The notes under the pieces were generated by a model. That model worked only from the letters and a program-made list of their open reading frames with translations, ran no database searches and had not been told where the DNA came from. Of a stretch of DNA of 64,000 bases, positions 46,967 to 56,390 are shown one piece after another (position 1 is the first letter of the stretch; every line of letters begins with the position of its first letter). The DNA is from a virus. Lineage: Duplodnaviria > Caudoviricetes. Both the position numbers and the translations under genes were made by a program. Location: the IMG/VR virus record IMGVR_UViG_3300037501_000255. The stretch is one strand, 5' to 3'.

Positions 46967-47346
46967 TAACAATTTCCACCTTTAACAAGAAAGGGCATGC
47001 GCTTAAGAGCCTCTTCGACCATTTTACGACCTGCATCTTGCTGCAGTGCCGTAATACTATCTCTAGTATGCAAGACTTTCATCAAAACCGGATTTTTCCT
47101 ATGCAGATTGATTATCTGCTCAAGTTCAGATTCTGAAAATGTATCCTCTAGCGAGACTGAGATTTTCTCCATTAAACCGGACATATCGAAACTAGAGCGC
47201 AATCTAGTAAAGTACTCATTGTCTTCAGCACTTAGAGATTGGGAAACAAGTGCAAAAAAGTCATTAAGGACCTTCTCTATTTGCTCATAGTAGCCAAAAA
47301 ACTCTATATATTCTTTTGTAATATTTTTCATTACTTCACATACCAC
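46966..47346 (-). CDS. Hypothetical helical protein (DUF2059-like)
   Basis: FSESELEQII..H...PV..K. Confidence 0.45.
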   Translation of the reverse strand: MVCEVMKNITKEYIEFFGYYEQIEKVLNDFFALVSQSLSAEDNEYFTRLRSSFDMSGLMEKISVSLEDTFSESELEQIINLHRKNPVLMKVLHTRDSITALQQDAGRKMVEEALKRMPFLVKGGNC

Positions 47347-47735
47347 TATCCTTTGTTAGCTGTTCGATTAAAATCATCCTCAAATCTTTCAATATCACTC
47401 TCTTCAAATGAAGAGCCAGTCTGAACCTCGACAATCTCCATGCCGTCGCTGCCTGCAATCAGCCTGTGCTTTTTGCCACATGGCACATCTACACTTGAGC
47501 CTGGTACAATAGCAATCTCTACGAGTACACCCTCTTCCGACTCAACAATTGCCGATCCCGAGCCGCGTACCACAAACCAGTGTTCGGACCTATGCTTGTG
47601 TCGCTGCAGGGAAAGACGTTTAAGGGGCAACACGTCTAGGATCTTAACCTTGCTACCCCTGCTCTCCCATATGACAGTAAAAGAGCCCCATGGCCGTTTA
47701 TCCGACGCGTCAGGTTGCACCAACAGCTCCTGCAT
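47346..47735 (-). CDS. Mannose-6-phosphate isomerase type II cupin domain
   Basis: RPWGSF, LSLQRHKHRSEHWFVVRG, HRL, IVEVQTG..F.ESDIERFEDDFNR. Confidence 0.9.
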   Translation of the reverse strand: MQELLVQPDASDKRPWGSFTVIWESRGSKVKILDVLPLKRLSLQRHKHRSEHWFVVRGSGSAIVESEEGVLVEIAIVPGSSVDVPCGKKHRLIAGSDGMEIVEVQTGSSFEESDIERFEDDFNRTANKG

Positions 47736-49032
47736 GTAGGACGATCAACTTGGCCATACGATCCTCTACCGCATCGCGGTGTGATTGATCTCCGTCAGGA
47801 CCGTATCTATGACACAATTCATGAATTAGGGTAGCTATGAGCTTTACACGCTCTTTTAGAATTCTTCTGGCCAAAAAGACCTGCCCCTTATCCAGCTCAA
47901 ACTTGCCCCATAGTTTGTCACCAACGAAATCCACGACAGATATCTGTGCCAAACTCGCAGGCTCGACCTTTGAGACAAGATCAACGGCCCACTTGAGATT
48001 TGAAATCTCATCATCACTAAGTTCGTGTGCATCCCAAACTTTAGATGTGGATAGGACTTTTGATGCCAGAATTCGATCAAGTGGCGACTTAACCTTGCGC
48101 AAGGCGCGCAAAAGCGGAGCATTGACAATAATGCCCTTCAAAGCAAAATCTCTAGCCCGAACACTCTCCTCTAGAGAGGCTACAGGGGTAGCTTCTGAAC
48201 CGTACTTCGAATCAAATGCATCTGAAATCATTTGATGAAACGCTGACGCCTGACCCCAGTCACTATCAAAAGCAAGAGTCTCCCCTCCCCCAGCCTCAAG
48301 TATTTCTAGGATTTTAGTTGGAGGAATTGCTCCAGACTCAACTACACGCTTGAGGACTGTAGCAATAGTCTGTCGCAGCGTAAAGGTGTCAGGGCTTTGC
48401 CGATCTCGGTCTAACTTAATCTTGGCCAGATCGTAGCCAAAAGCATACTGATCAGGTAGATCAGAAACATAGATGCCCTTTACATACAGCCTTCCGGCAT
48501 ACTCCGGAGCGAGCAACACCCGCCCTTCTGCACAATGAAGCGCTTCCGGATATGGATTTTGCAGAAAAAGCAGGCGCGAGCGAGCGCTTTCCCATTCGGA
48601 TTTCGGCACCCCATTTATAACGAAAGTCAGCGGATATTCTGCCGTATTCGGTCTAATGGTGAAACACAAAACCTCTGTATTGAAAACTTCAGAGTGTTCC
48701 AGTCCGGGAATCCACGCTTCCTTGCCATTAAAGATCGCAATCTTCGCACCCAAACGACACAGGGTTGCAGCGGCTAATTTATAGCCTTCACCGAATTCTC
48801 CGCGCTGAGATGAGATTCCCTTCTTTGAAGTGACGCCCAATACTAATGTTTCCCTAGGAAGGAGCGCGCCGTCATTTTTTATGACCAGCTGCTGATGTGT
48901 TTCATTATATGAGTACGACAGCTTCTGACCGCGCTCATGGGCATCCATCCCATTCTGGAACAATTCTCTAATTGCCTGCCACCATGACCAGTTTACGTAT
49001 GATGGGGAAATGGAGAGTGGTATCTTGGTCAT
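47710..49032 (-). CDS. GHKL-type ATPase with C-terminal HExxH
   Basis: AIRELFQNGMD, N.G, GEFGEGYKLA; TLIHELCH. Confidence 0.75.
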   Translation of the reverse strand: MTKIPLSISPSYVNWSWWQAIRELFQNGMDAHERGQKLSYSYNETHQQLVIKNDGALLPRETLVLGVTSKKGISSQRGEFGEGYKLAAATLCRLGAKIAIFNGKEAWIPGLEHSEVFNTEVLCFTIRPNTAEYPLTFVINGVPKSEWESARSRLLFLQNPYPEALHCAEGRVLLAPEYAGRLYVKGIYVSDLPDQYAFGYDLAKIKLDRDRQSPDTFTLRQTIATVLKRVVESGAIPPTKILEILEAGGGETLAFDSDWGQASAFHQMISDAFDSKYGSEATPVASLEESVRARDFALKGIIVNAPLLRALRKVKSPLDRILASKVLSTSKVWDAHELSDDEISNLKWAVDLVSKVEPASLAQISVVDFVGDKLWGKFELDKGQVFLARRILKERVKLIATLIHELCHRYGPDGDQSHRDAVEDRMAKLIVLHAGAVGAT

Positions 49033-49247
49033 ACTTCATCCTTAAACAAAAAGGTATTCAGACGCTCTCCGGTCACCACATAATAGCTACCGTAGGCTAG
49101 ACCGACGATGCTGCCGGCGAGATAACCCCTAAGACGCGAGATCCTGCTTTCCGTTGGCGGCAAAGTGCGTGCAGCAGAAATCACGCCATAGGTTGTGTAT
49201 GCTGAAATTATCGCCGGAGCAAACATGGCACGAAAAGCAAAATTCAT
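49029..49247 (-). CDS. Small membrane protein
   Basis: Two hydrophobic segments. Confidence 0.5.
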   Translation of the reverse strand: MNFAFRAMFAPAIISAYTTYGVISAARTLPPTESRISRLRGYLAGSIVGLAYGSYYVVTGERLNTFLFKDEV

Positions 49248-49615
49248 TGCACGCTCGCACGGAAGAAATCGAATCGACCACCTTGAGGTAGTCCACTGCC
49301 TTTAAATGAGCGCAAGTCCGGCCCGTGATACTTGGCGATGATAATCACATCACCGGACTTCGCAATCTCAAACTCCGACGAGGGCTGAATATCCATAGAA
49401 AGTGCTTTTGAGAGGGCGCCTGCTGTCTTAGCATCTAAGCTTACGCTAATGGGCTTGGGCCCCAATTCGCGCCTCACCATATTCAAGCCCACCTGATCAA
49501 ATGAAACAAGGCGAGCTCTCTTATTCAGATCCTGCAACATGGAGACGTGGAAATTTGTGCTGATGAAAACATTCATTGTGAATTCCTGCTGAACCTTCCT
49601 CGAATAGTAATCCAC
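49244..49615 (-). CDS. Hypothetical protein
   Basis: Operon ORF. Confidence 0.5.
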   Translation of the reverse strand: MDYYSRKVQQEFTMNVFISTNFHVSMLQDLNKRARLVSFDQVGLNMVRRELGPKPISVSLDAKTAGALSKALSMDIQPSSEFEIAKSGDVIIIAKYHGPDLRSFKGSGLPQGGRFDFFRASVQ

Positions 49616-50358
49616 TCCTGAGGAAAGTCAATATCAGAGAATATAGGGGCTGGCTTGGCCACCCACCTAGAGCGAACCACCTTCTCTGACGGTGGGGGTG
49701 ACCACCATCCTCGCACTCAACATCTAGCAGATAAGTTTCCTTAATTATCACACGACCTTGCAACAATCCAAGAGGATATGAGCCAAGCTCGACCCCTCAC
49801 TCCCTAAGAATAGAGCGCAGCTTTCCGACGCCGACGCCCTCCATTTCTTTGTGTGATAGCAGCGTTCTTGCTATCATATAAATAGCATTACGTATAGCAT
49901 CCGATTGCCTCCACATGAGGCAATTAATCACATCCTCTCGGTCCGAGATCGAAAAAGCTCTTGCGTCAAAAACGCGCCTCGCTCTTCAGATGACCGCTGC
50001 ATTCTCGCACGATTAAAAAGCATAGTCGCCATGGATGATGCCACAGATACTGTCTTCTGTAGATTTCCATCAAACCAGGCTTCGGAATTTGCCAAATCGA
50101 AATCCGATAGCACCAAAGTTATCTCGTCACTCTGCGTACAGGCCATGCGACAGCCTATAATCTCTGCACACAGACCTTGCGCAGTCGCATCGAAATCTGC
50201 GGCAAGCTCGAGATCGAATGGTTTTCGCAGCTTGCGTGTATACTTGGAAAAGTTCTACCATCAATCCTAATTACTGTATAGGAACGGCGGGGAAGATATA
50301 TCCGCGTACGATCCTCGTACATAGACTTGATACGATCTCCAAGCTCTTGCGTATTCAT
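49573..50358 (-). pseudogene. Thg1-like tRNA-His guanylyltransferase with at least 2 frameshifts and an in-frame TGA
   Basis: LGDRIK.MYE...IRIDG.TF / QSDEI.L.....AWFDGNLQK.VSV.SS.AT..FN / FDARAF...WRQ.DA.RN. Confidence 0.85.
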
Positions 50359-50411
50359 AATAAGCTCCAATGCTCAAGGCGGCGCCCCGCGCGTTCGGGG
50401 GACGCCTCAAA

Positions 50412-52622
50412 TCATTGCTTTTCTAGAATGAGAAATTCTACCCGGCGATTCCTCTCGCGCCCGGCCCTCGTCGTATTGGGCGCAACGGGCTTAGATTCGC
50501 CATGACCCAATGAAGACAAGCGCTCTGCAGCTACGCCGGCCTTAGCCAGGAAGGCTACTACCGCCGCAGCTCTTTTTGCACTGAGGCGCTGATTGTAGGA
50601 GGTACTTCCTTCAGATGAGGTATGCCCTTCAACTGAAAGCAATCGAATCTCAGGATGTTCCTTCAAGGCAGTAACCACATCTTCAAGAACATCGAAGCTT
50701 TCTGGTCTGATGCGGTCCGAGTCAAAGAAGAAGTATATCGGCTCCAGTATAACAATACTATCTGGCCCCACGACCACTTTCTCGGTCTCGGGACAGCCAT
50801 CAGCATCCTCAAATCCGTCGAAATCCTCCGGGTCTTCTGGGCAAGCATCACTCCCGTCAAGAATACCATCCCCATCCGAATCAAGGGGCGCCGGTGGAGG
50901 GGGAGCGGGTTCTGCAACAGGAGTGACGGCAGGAGTGACCTTTTTTGGTGCAAAATCAAAGTCAAAACCAACCGTGGCCAAGGCTCTTACGTCCGGCGTG
51001 CCAACATCAGGCATTAAGCCAGAACCAACAGAGGCGGTGCCGAAGATGGGTCCGTTACGCCCCCTAAGACCAACGGTTGCTTCGAGAGGTAAAAATAAGC
51101 GATTTGAAAAGAGGTGATTTACTGAGAAGCTCCCTCCCACATCGGCAATCGCCCACAAATGATCATCAATGAGGCGCACCTGCCCACCCAAGGACGCATT
51201 GACAGTATGACCTATTTGCAGGTCTGCGACAGCCTTGGGCGCACGAAGTGTATAGCTGGTGTCCAGCATTACAGAAGCCGCCTCTCCTCCTGTCGAAAGC
51301 AGAACTCCGGGCGATACGGTTGGCAGGGATTCTCCGAGAAGCGGAAAGCCATTAGATGATACAAGCGATGTCGGTAGAGAACCTCTTAGGCTAAAGGCTG
51401 CGCGCACAGGTGAATCTCTTTCAGTCAACCTAACGCGCACACCTCCCATCATATCCTGAAGGCCTACTGCAGGTACATCACCTAAATCAAATCCCGGACC
51501 AAACGCCAGAGAAGCGGGCAAGCTGAGATCTAACTGGACGAAATCCGCAAGGCCAAATGCTGCATTTATTCTACCTGAGAATTGGTGCTCCACTAAGTTT
51601 ACGCGCTTGGCGAAGTCTGAATCCCGCAATACAACTGGAGCATGCGAGTAGTCTAGACCTGCGCTGGTCTGAAGCGTTAGTTCCGGAAGTGTATCCGCAG
51701 ACGCAGCTTGCGGTGTATCTACAGAAGATACTGGCCCCGTGATGCGATTTAATCCCTCCGCATTAACTGCGGTGGCCGCCATAAGCATAACGGACATTGC
51801 TATTGTCTTGCTACGCTTGCCGAATACAAGAAGAATGGGAAAGAGTAGCGCCAGGAATCCAATGCCAGAGCTGGGGGAGTTTGAACAGGAGAATAGTCCA
51901 GACCCAGAGACAAACAACGCCTCATCGGAGGCGCCTGCCCTATCCGGCTCACCCTCTCCCTCGGAGACCTCACCTTCACCCTCTCCCTCGCCGCCGAAAC
52001 AGGCATCGAATTCCTCATCACAAGACTCATTTTCAGGACATGGAAGGACGCTGGTTACACACAACCCATCATCGCACAGCTCATGCCCGTCACAAAACAA
52101 CCCATTTGAGCAATCATTATCGCACGTGCACTCTGGAGGGGCGGTGCAGACATTCTCTTCCTCAAGACATACCTCGCCTAAGCAAACCTCTTCGGAAGAT
52201 GATGAGCAAGTACCACCAAGGCAGGTCTCGACCCCGTTGCAAAACAGGCCGTCATCGCAGTCCTCATCACTTACACATTCCGGAGGAGAGGAGCACACAT
52301 CCGTATGTTCATCACATAGGGAGGCGTCCGCGCATGGAGGTTGCCCAGCAACACATTCTCCTAGCTCGCATACCTCACTGCCATCGCAGAAAAAACCATT
52401 GTCACAGTCAATGTCGGTCTGACATTCTGGCGGCGCCGCACAGGGACACTCTCCCAGGCAGTCACCATGCGCCAGATGCGCATCCACAGCATGCTGATCG
52501 ACCTCGATTTCATGGTGGTCATTATGACAAATCTCAACTTTTTCATGATGAGGGTTGTCGCGGTCAGGGAGCGCGCTGGCACCCCCCGCTAGTAACATCA
52601 CAGCTAACACATATCTGATCAC
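50412..52622 (-). CDS. OmpA-family outer-membrane protein with Cys-rich repeats, GEGEGE linker, MYXO-CTERM-like segment and TSP3-like repeats
   Basis: Three CxxDxDCxxGxFCxGxExC repeats; DSDGDGILD..DACP; EGHTS...NQRLS.KRA..V...N.T..GR..NRRVEF. Confidence 0.88.
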   Translation of the reverse strand: MIRYVLAVMLLAGGASALPDRDNPHHEKVEICHNDHHEIEVDQHAVDAHLAHGDCLGECPCAAPPECQTDIDCDNGFFCDGSEVCELGECVAGQPPCADASLCDEHTDVCSSPPECVSDEDCDDGLFCNGVETCLGGTCSSSSEEVCLGEVCLEEENVCTAPPECTCDNDCSNGLFCDGHELCDDGLCVTSVLPCPENESCDEEFDACFGGEGEGEGEVSEGEGEPDRAGASDEALFVSGSGLFSCSNSPSSGIGFLALLFPILLVFGKRSKTIAMSVMLMAATAVNAEGLNRITGPVSSVDTPQAASADTLPELTLQTSAGLDYSHAPVVLRDSDFAKRVNLVEHQFSGRINAAFGLADFVQLDLSLPASLAFGPGFDLGDVPAVGLQDMMGGVRVRLTERDSPVRAAFSLRGSLPTSLVSSNGFPLLGESLPTVSPGVLLSTGGEAASVMLDTSYTLRAPKAVADLQIGHTVNASLGGQVRLIDDHLWAIADVGGSFSVNHLFSNRLFLPLEATVGLRGRNGPIFGTASVGSGLMPDVGTPDVRALATVGFDFDFAPKKVTPAVTPVAEPAPPPPAPLDSDGDGILDGSDACPEDPEDFDGFEDADGCPETEKVVVGPDSIVILEPIYFFFDSDRIRPESFDVLEDVVTALKEHPEIRLLSVEGHTSSEGSTSYNQRLSAKRAAAVVAFLAKAGVAAERLSSLGHGESKPVAPNTTRAGRERNRRVEFLILEKQ

Positions 52623-53373
52623 ATTTCCTCCATAGATGTACGAGATTTAGAGTAAGAAGTTCTCGCTTTCACAGTAAAGTACCTAATATCTCCGGCCTCA
52701 TATCTGGCGCATGCCAGATGACCTCCGAAGACACAACCTAGATCCAAACCAGTTGCATGCGGGAATTGGACCGGCTTCTGTTCGCGAACAAATGGCTCGT
52801 GATCAAAAAAGATATGTCCAAATCTGCCGTCGTATACATCTGCCCAAAAACGACAATCTGGACGCTCAGCGCCCAGACGCACCATGTTGCCAGCGGGATC
52901 AACGTGGCGCACATACATTATCTGAGCATCATACTTGGACCATGAACCAGTATCCTTTGGCAATGAGCGCATGTTGGGAGTCACTCCCGCATGCAGTACT
53001 ACAATATCGGTATCGGGCACATGATACAATAGTTTTGCAGAGTCAAGAAATGAAACGTCCAATTCAGACAATTGTTCTGTAATGGTCTGCAGCTCGCTAT
53101 TGTGCTGGATCATATCTCTAGCGACTCTGGGCTGTTTGATCAGGTTACGCCGGTAACGACCGTGCTTGTATTCGTGATTTCCGCATACAAGGATAACTCT
53201 CTGTACGAGCGAAAGCTCGCGAAAAAACCGCACCACAGCCGGACTATCCGGCCCACGATCTACCAAGTCTCCAGCCACGACGATTGCGTCATCGACCTTG
53301 GGGGCAGCAACTGCAAAAGCTCTTGCAATTCCTCTATGCACCCATGTATATCAGTAAAGATATAGTATGCCAC
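52619..53373 (-). CDS. Ser/Thr phosphatase-like metallophosphoesterase, frameshifted near 53305
   Basis: TDIHGC / GDLVDRGPDS, GNHE, HAG, GLDLGCVFGGHL. Confidence 0.8.
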
Positions 53374-53406
53374 ATAAACCCATATATACAAGAGGTTTAC
53401 TGAAGA

Positions 53407-53811
53407 TCAGGGAAACTTCAAGTCCTTGATCTTGTCCAGCGCAACCCCTACTTTTTTCTTCGCGGAATCTATTTTCTTCTTACGTTGGAGAAAGTCTTCA
53501 CTCTCCTTCTCCAGAGCCTGGTATGATTCCAGGATAGATGCTACCGTCTTGGCATCAGCCCCGTACCACCAGACTGTGCTGTAGTTCTTTGGAAAAACCA
53601 GATTTTCCACTATTGATGTAATGAATTCAAGTTCAAATCCATCAACGCAGATGGCGGTCACGTCGACAGCATCGACAGTTTTTGGAAGGGAGAGTTTCCT
53701 GCCAACCTTCCACTCGGCCACACGATTACCCGAATTATCGAACATTAACAACATACTTGCCCCGTTTACTGGAGAACCACCGCGCGAAGTTTTTGCTATA
53801 GGCCGGAGCAA
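53407..53811 (-). CDS. Hypothetical protein
   Basis: Operon ORF. Confidence 0.5.
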   Translation of the reverse strand: MLRPIAKTSRGGSPVNGASMLLMFDNSGNRVAEWKVGRKLSLPKTVDAVDVTAICVDGFELEFITSIVENLVFPKNYSTVWWYGADAKTVASILESYQALEKESEDFLQRKKKIDSAKKKVGVALDKIKDLKFP

Positions 53812-54154
53812 GCCTATTCAGCTCACCCAACCCATCACGATCAAAGATCGATTTTAGAGAATTACATTGGCGACATAGGATGTCGACATTTTCTGGTGTA
53901 TAGCCACAGCTAGCGTCAAACCTATCTACAGACCTCGCTCTGGGGTCATTGATCTCATCTGAGAATTTGGCGAAGCATATAGGGCAGTGCGGTGTATTGT
54001 ACCATAGTGCCCTTAAAAGGTCAGCAGAAATACTACACTCAATACCTTTGGATGAGGCTCTTCTTTTGAGATGCTTTCTAAGCTTGGAGAATCCTGACAT
54101 GATGCACCGCATATTTATGGAATCACCTCTCTTCTGAGAGGTCGAGATCTTCAA
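53735..54154 (-). CDS. His-Me finger (HNH/EndoVII-like) nuclease
   Basis: CPIC...SVDRFD...GY..ENV..LC..CN..K. Confidence 0.7.
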   Translation of the reverse strand: MKISTSQKRGDSINMRCIMSGFSKLRKHLKRRASSKGIECSISADLLRALWYNTPHCPICFAKFSDEINDPRARSVDRFDASCGYTPENVDILCRQCNSLKSIFDRDGLGELNRLAPAYSKNFARWFSSKRGKYVVNVR

Positions 54155-54551
54155 TATACCCAGGTATAGCCACGTATGGATTCAGATGCAGTGCGTTTGA
54201 GAATATGGTGCCGTAGTTACGCTCAAAAATAGCAAAATCAGATGGGTCGAGTTGGCAAACGCACAGGTCCATGATATGTTCGTATGCTGATGTTAGACGT
54301 TCTTCCCAGACGGGAGCAAGCTCGTATCCTATGTCAGCAATCTTCTTTGCCGTGATCGCAATACTGCACCATGCAAAAAAAAGCTGAAGACATGTATCTA
54401 ACTCTGATCTGTCAAGAACCCGCAATACCCGGCGGGCTCGCTCATCAGCAATATCCTCATCGTTGAGCCTGGAAAGCAACAACGCAGCCTGCTCTACGCG
54501 GACAATGAACTCCTCGCGCATTTTGCGCCTAAATTTCAACAATGGCCACAT
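54123..54551 (-). CDS. Hypothetical protein
   Basis: Operon ORF. Confidence 0.5.
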   Translation of the reverse strand: MWPLLKFRRKMREEFIVRVEQAALLLSRLNDEDIADERARRVLRVLDRSELDTCLQLFFAWCSIAITAKKIADIGYELAPVWEERLTSAYEHIMDLCVCQLDPSDFAIFERNYGTIFSNALHLNPYVAIPGYIEDLDLSEER

Positions 54552-54553
54552 GG

Positions 54554-54796
54554 CTACTGCATTGCAGAGATGATTGTGTCAGACTGTTTCTCAACTAGTT
54601 CGCGAGCCAGCACGAGCTTTTTGGTCGTCTCCAGGCGCTTTTCATCAGAACAATCCTCACCGAGCTGCCTAGTAAGCAGATGCGTGCAATTCATATTCCA
54701 CGTGAGATATGTCAGCTGTGTTTTAATTACCGGATTACCATATGGCCAAAAAATACCCGGCGCAAGACATTCATCCATATCAAACTCCCCTCGCAA
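54554..54796 (-). CDS. Hypothetical protein
   Basis: Operon ORF. Confidence 0.45.
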   Translation of the reverse strand: MRGEFDMDECLAPGIFWPYGNPVIKTQLTYLTWNMNCTHLLTRQLGEDCSDEKRLETTKKLVLARELVEKQSDTIISAMQ

Positions 54797-54995
54797 AGCT
54801 TAGCCACCGGCCTGCCGGTGTCAATAGCCCATAACATCCTCGGGCGCTACAACCATTGTCTGCGATAAATCCGTTAGAAGCAAAGCTTCTGGGTCGGCAT
54901 TAAACTTTTCAGTTGCTGAAAATTGTTGAATTGCCATGGCCAAGGTGTCAGCATAAAGGTCAGATTCAGTGCTGAAGTTGTCCATTTTTCGATTC

Positions 54996-55472
54996 CTACA
55001 GGAGAGCGCCCGTAAAGTTAAGGGGACGAGTTTGGTCGGTGCTGAATTTTGGAATATACTGCTGAGTGAACAATACAGGATCTACAGCAAGTACAGGCAA
55101 TTCATGTGGGCGACAGGAGACGACCTCGTCTCCTTCCTTGAAGAACAACCTGCCGGCCCCTGCCTGAGTCAGTAAATTCACGCAAAGAGGACATGGCCGA
55201 CTATCTCGACAATCATCAGAAGCTTGAGCGCGGTTAAATCTGTAGATACAGATTTTGTCGCCGTTCAGATTAAAACCGCTTTTTCTAACAAGGTCCACCT
55301 CGGCATGTAGACTGCAGTTGAAATAACTGAAGTCGCGCCGGTACTTGATGCCATTAACGCCGTAGCTAACAACATGGCCGCCGCGAATTTGCAGCGCGGC
55401 AACCAAGTGCTGCTCTTCGTTACTAAATCTCCGAGCCACGCGCTCGGCAAATGCCATGTGATTGTAGTACAT
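54996..55472 (-). CDS. Zn-dependent deaminase-fold protein
   Basis: LHAEVDL...SRPCPLC. Confidence 0.75.
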   Translation of the reverse strand: MYYNHMAFAERVARRFSNEEQHLVAALQIRGGHVVSYGVNGIKYRRDFSYFNCSLHAEVDLVRKSGFNLNGDKICIYRFNRAQASDDCRDSRPCPLCVNLLTQAGAGRLFFKEGDEVVSCRPHELPVLAVDPVLFTQQYIPKFSTDQTRPLNFTGALL

Positions 55473-55537
55473 ATCACCTACACCATATAGAAAGTGTCCA
55501 CCAAAGCCAATCAAATCTATACTCTACAGCAAAGAAC

Positions 55538-56203
55538 CTATAGACACACAGTGTCTTTGGAAAGAGAAGCGGCTGTCGGCAGCGCGAGAGCATCGTCTCC
55601 ATCATGGGGACCTTCGGCCATAATCTTTTTACGAATGACCTTTTCCAGGCCAGGGTTGATAACCAAAGCCTCTGGCACAATGCAGTGCCGGATTCGATTG
55701 CGAGCATATGCGGTATCCGAATTCGAAGCATCCTCGGCCCATGCTACGCCATGACGCGAACACCATGAAATCAATTCTGACTTAGGGGTCAGTCTGAATG
55801 GGCGAATGACATTCTTGTTGCGGTAAGGAATAATCTTTCCCTCACCATGAAGAGAGGAGAAGATCCATGTCTCAATACAGTCGTTGAGATTGTGGGCGGT
55901 GATTACTGGTAGCTGAAGGGAATGAAGAAATGCATAGCGCTCATTTCGCCAGTATTCCTCCCGCGACTCTCGAGCCATGCGCCCGCGCTGCACACAGCCT
56001 GTAGTCAATTCAAGGCCGTACTTTTCGCAGAAAGCGCGCACAAATTCTTCAGTTTGTGCGGAATGTTGCGTGCCATGATTAAAGTAGGCAACGCGAGGTT
56101 TTGTTGCGCGTCGCATTAGAAAGGAGAGTGCTGCCATGCTGTCTACGCCGCCAGAGCATGCGACATAAAAGTCGTGTGGAATCTTGCCTTCAAGCCGGAT
56201 CAT
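55538..56203 (-). CDS. tilS: tRNA(Ile)-lysidine synthetase, catalytic domain only
   Basis: CSGGVDSM, NHG, RNERY, TAHNLNDCIET, IRPF, EDASN....Y.RNRIRH; no C-terminal domains. Confidence 0.88.
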   Translation of the reverse strand: MIRLEGKIPHDFYVACSGGVDSMAALSFLMRRATKPRVAYFNHGTQHSAQTEEFVRAFCEKYGLELTTGCVQRGRMARESREEYWRNERYAFLHSLQLPVITAHNLNDCIETWIFSSLHGEGKIIPYRNKNVIRPFRLTPKSELISWCSRHGVAWAEDASNSDTAYARNRIRHCIVPEALVINPGLEKVIRKKIMAEGPHDGDDALALPTAASLSKDTVCL

Positions 56204-56221
56204 GGTGCACCTGTGGTAAAA

Positions 56222-56304
56222 TGGTGGGCCAGGTGGGATTTGAACCCACATTTTCAGAACCAATTACCCTTACTCCGTTATGAGCGGAGCGCGACTACTG
56301 GCCC
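56222..56304 (-). tRNA. Non-canonical tRNA(CAU), Ile2-like, with no D-arm and a 23-nt variable region
   Basis: GGGCCAG-TAGTCGCG-CTCCG-CTCATAA-CGGAG-(23 nt)-GTGGG-TTCAAAT-CCCAC-CTGGCCC-A-CCA. Confidence 0.75.
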
Positions 56305-56390
56305 GTATCCATACGGCGCTGCCGCCATCCAACAGACACAATCCTTTATTTCAGAACAGCCCACAGGGGGCTGTTAATTAATTCATGCGC

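Noticed and set aside
56204-56263. N-terminal extension of TilS (MVLKMWVQIPPGPP)
   Set aside because: This is the translated T-arm and acceptor of the tRNA. The likely start is ATG 56203.
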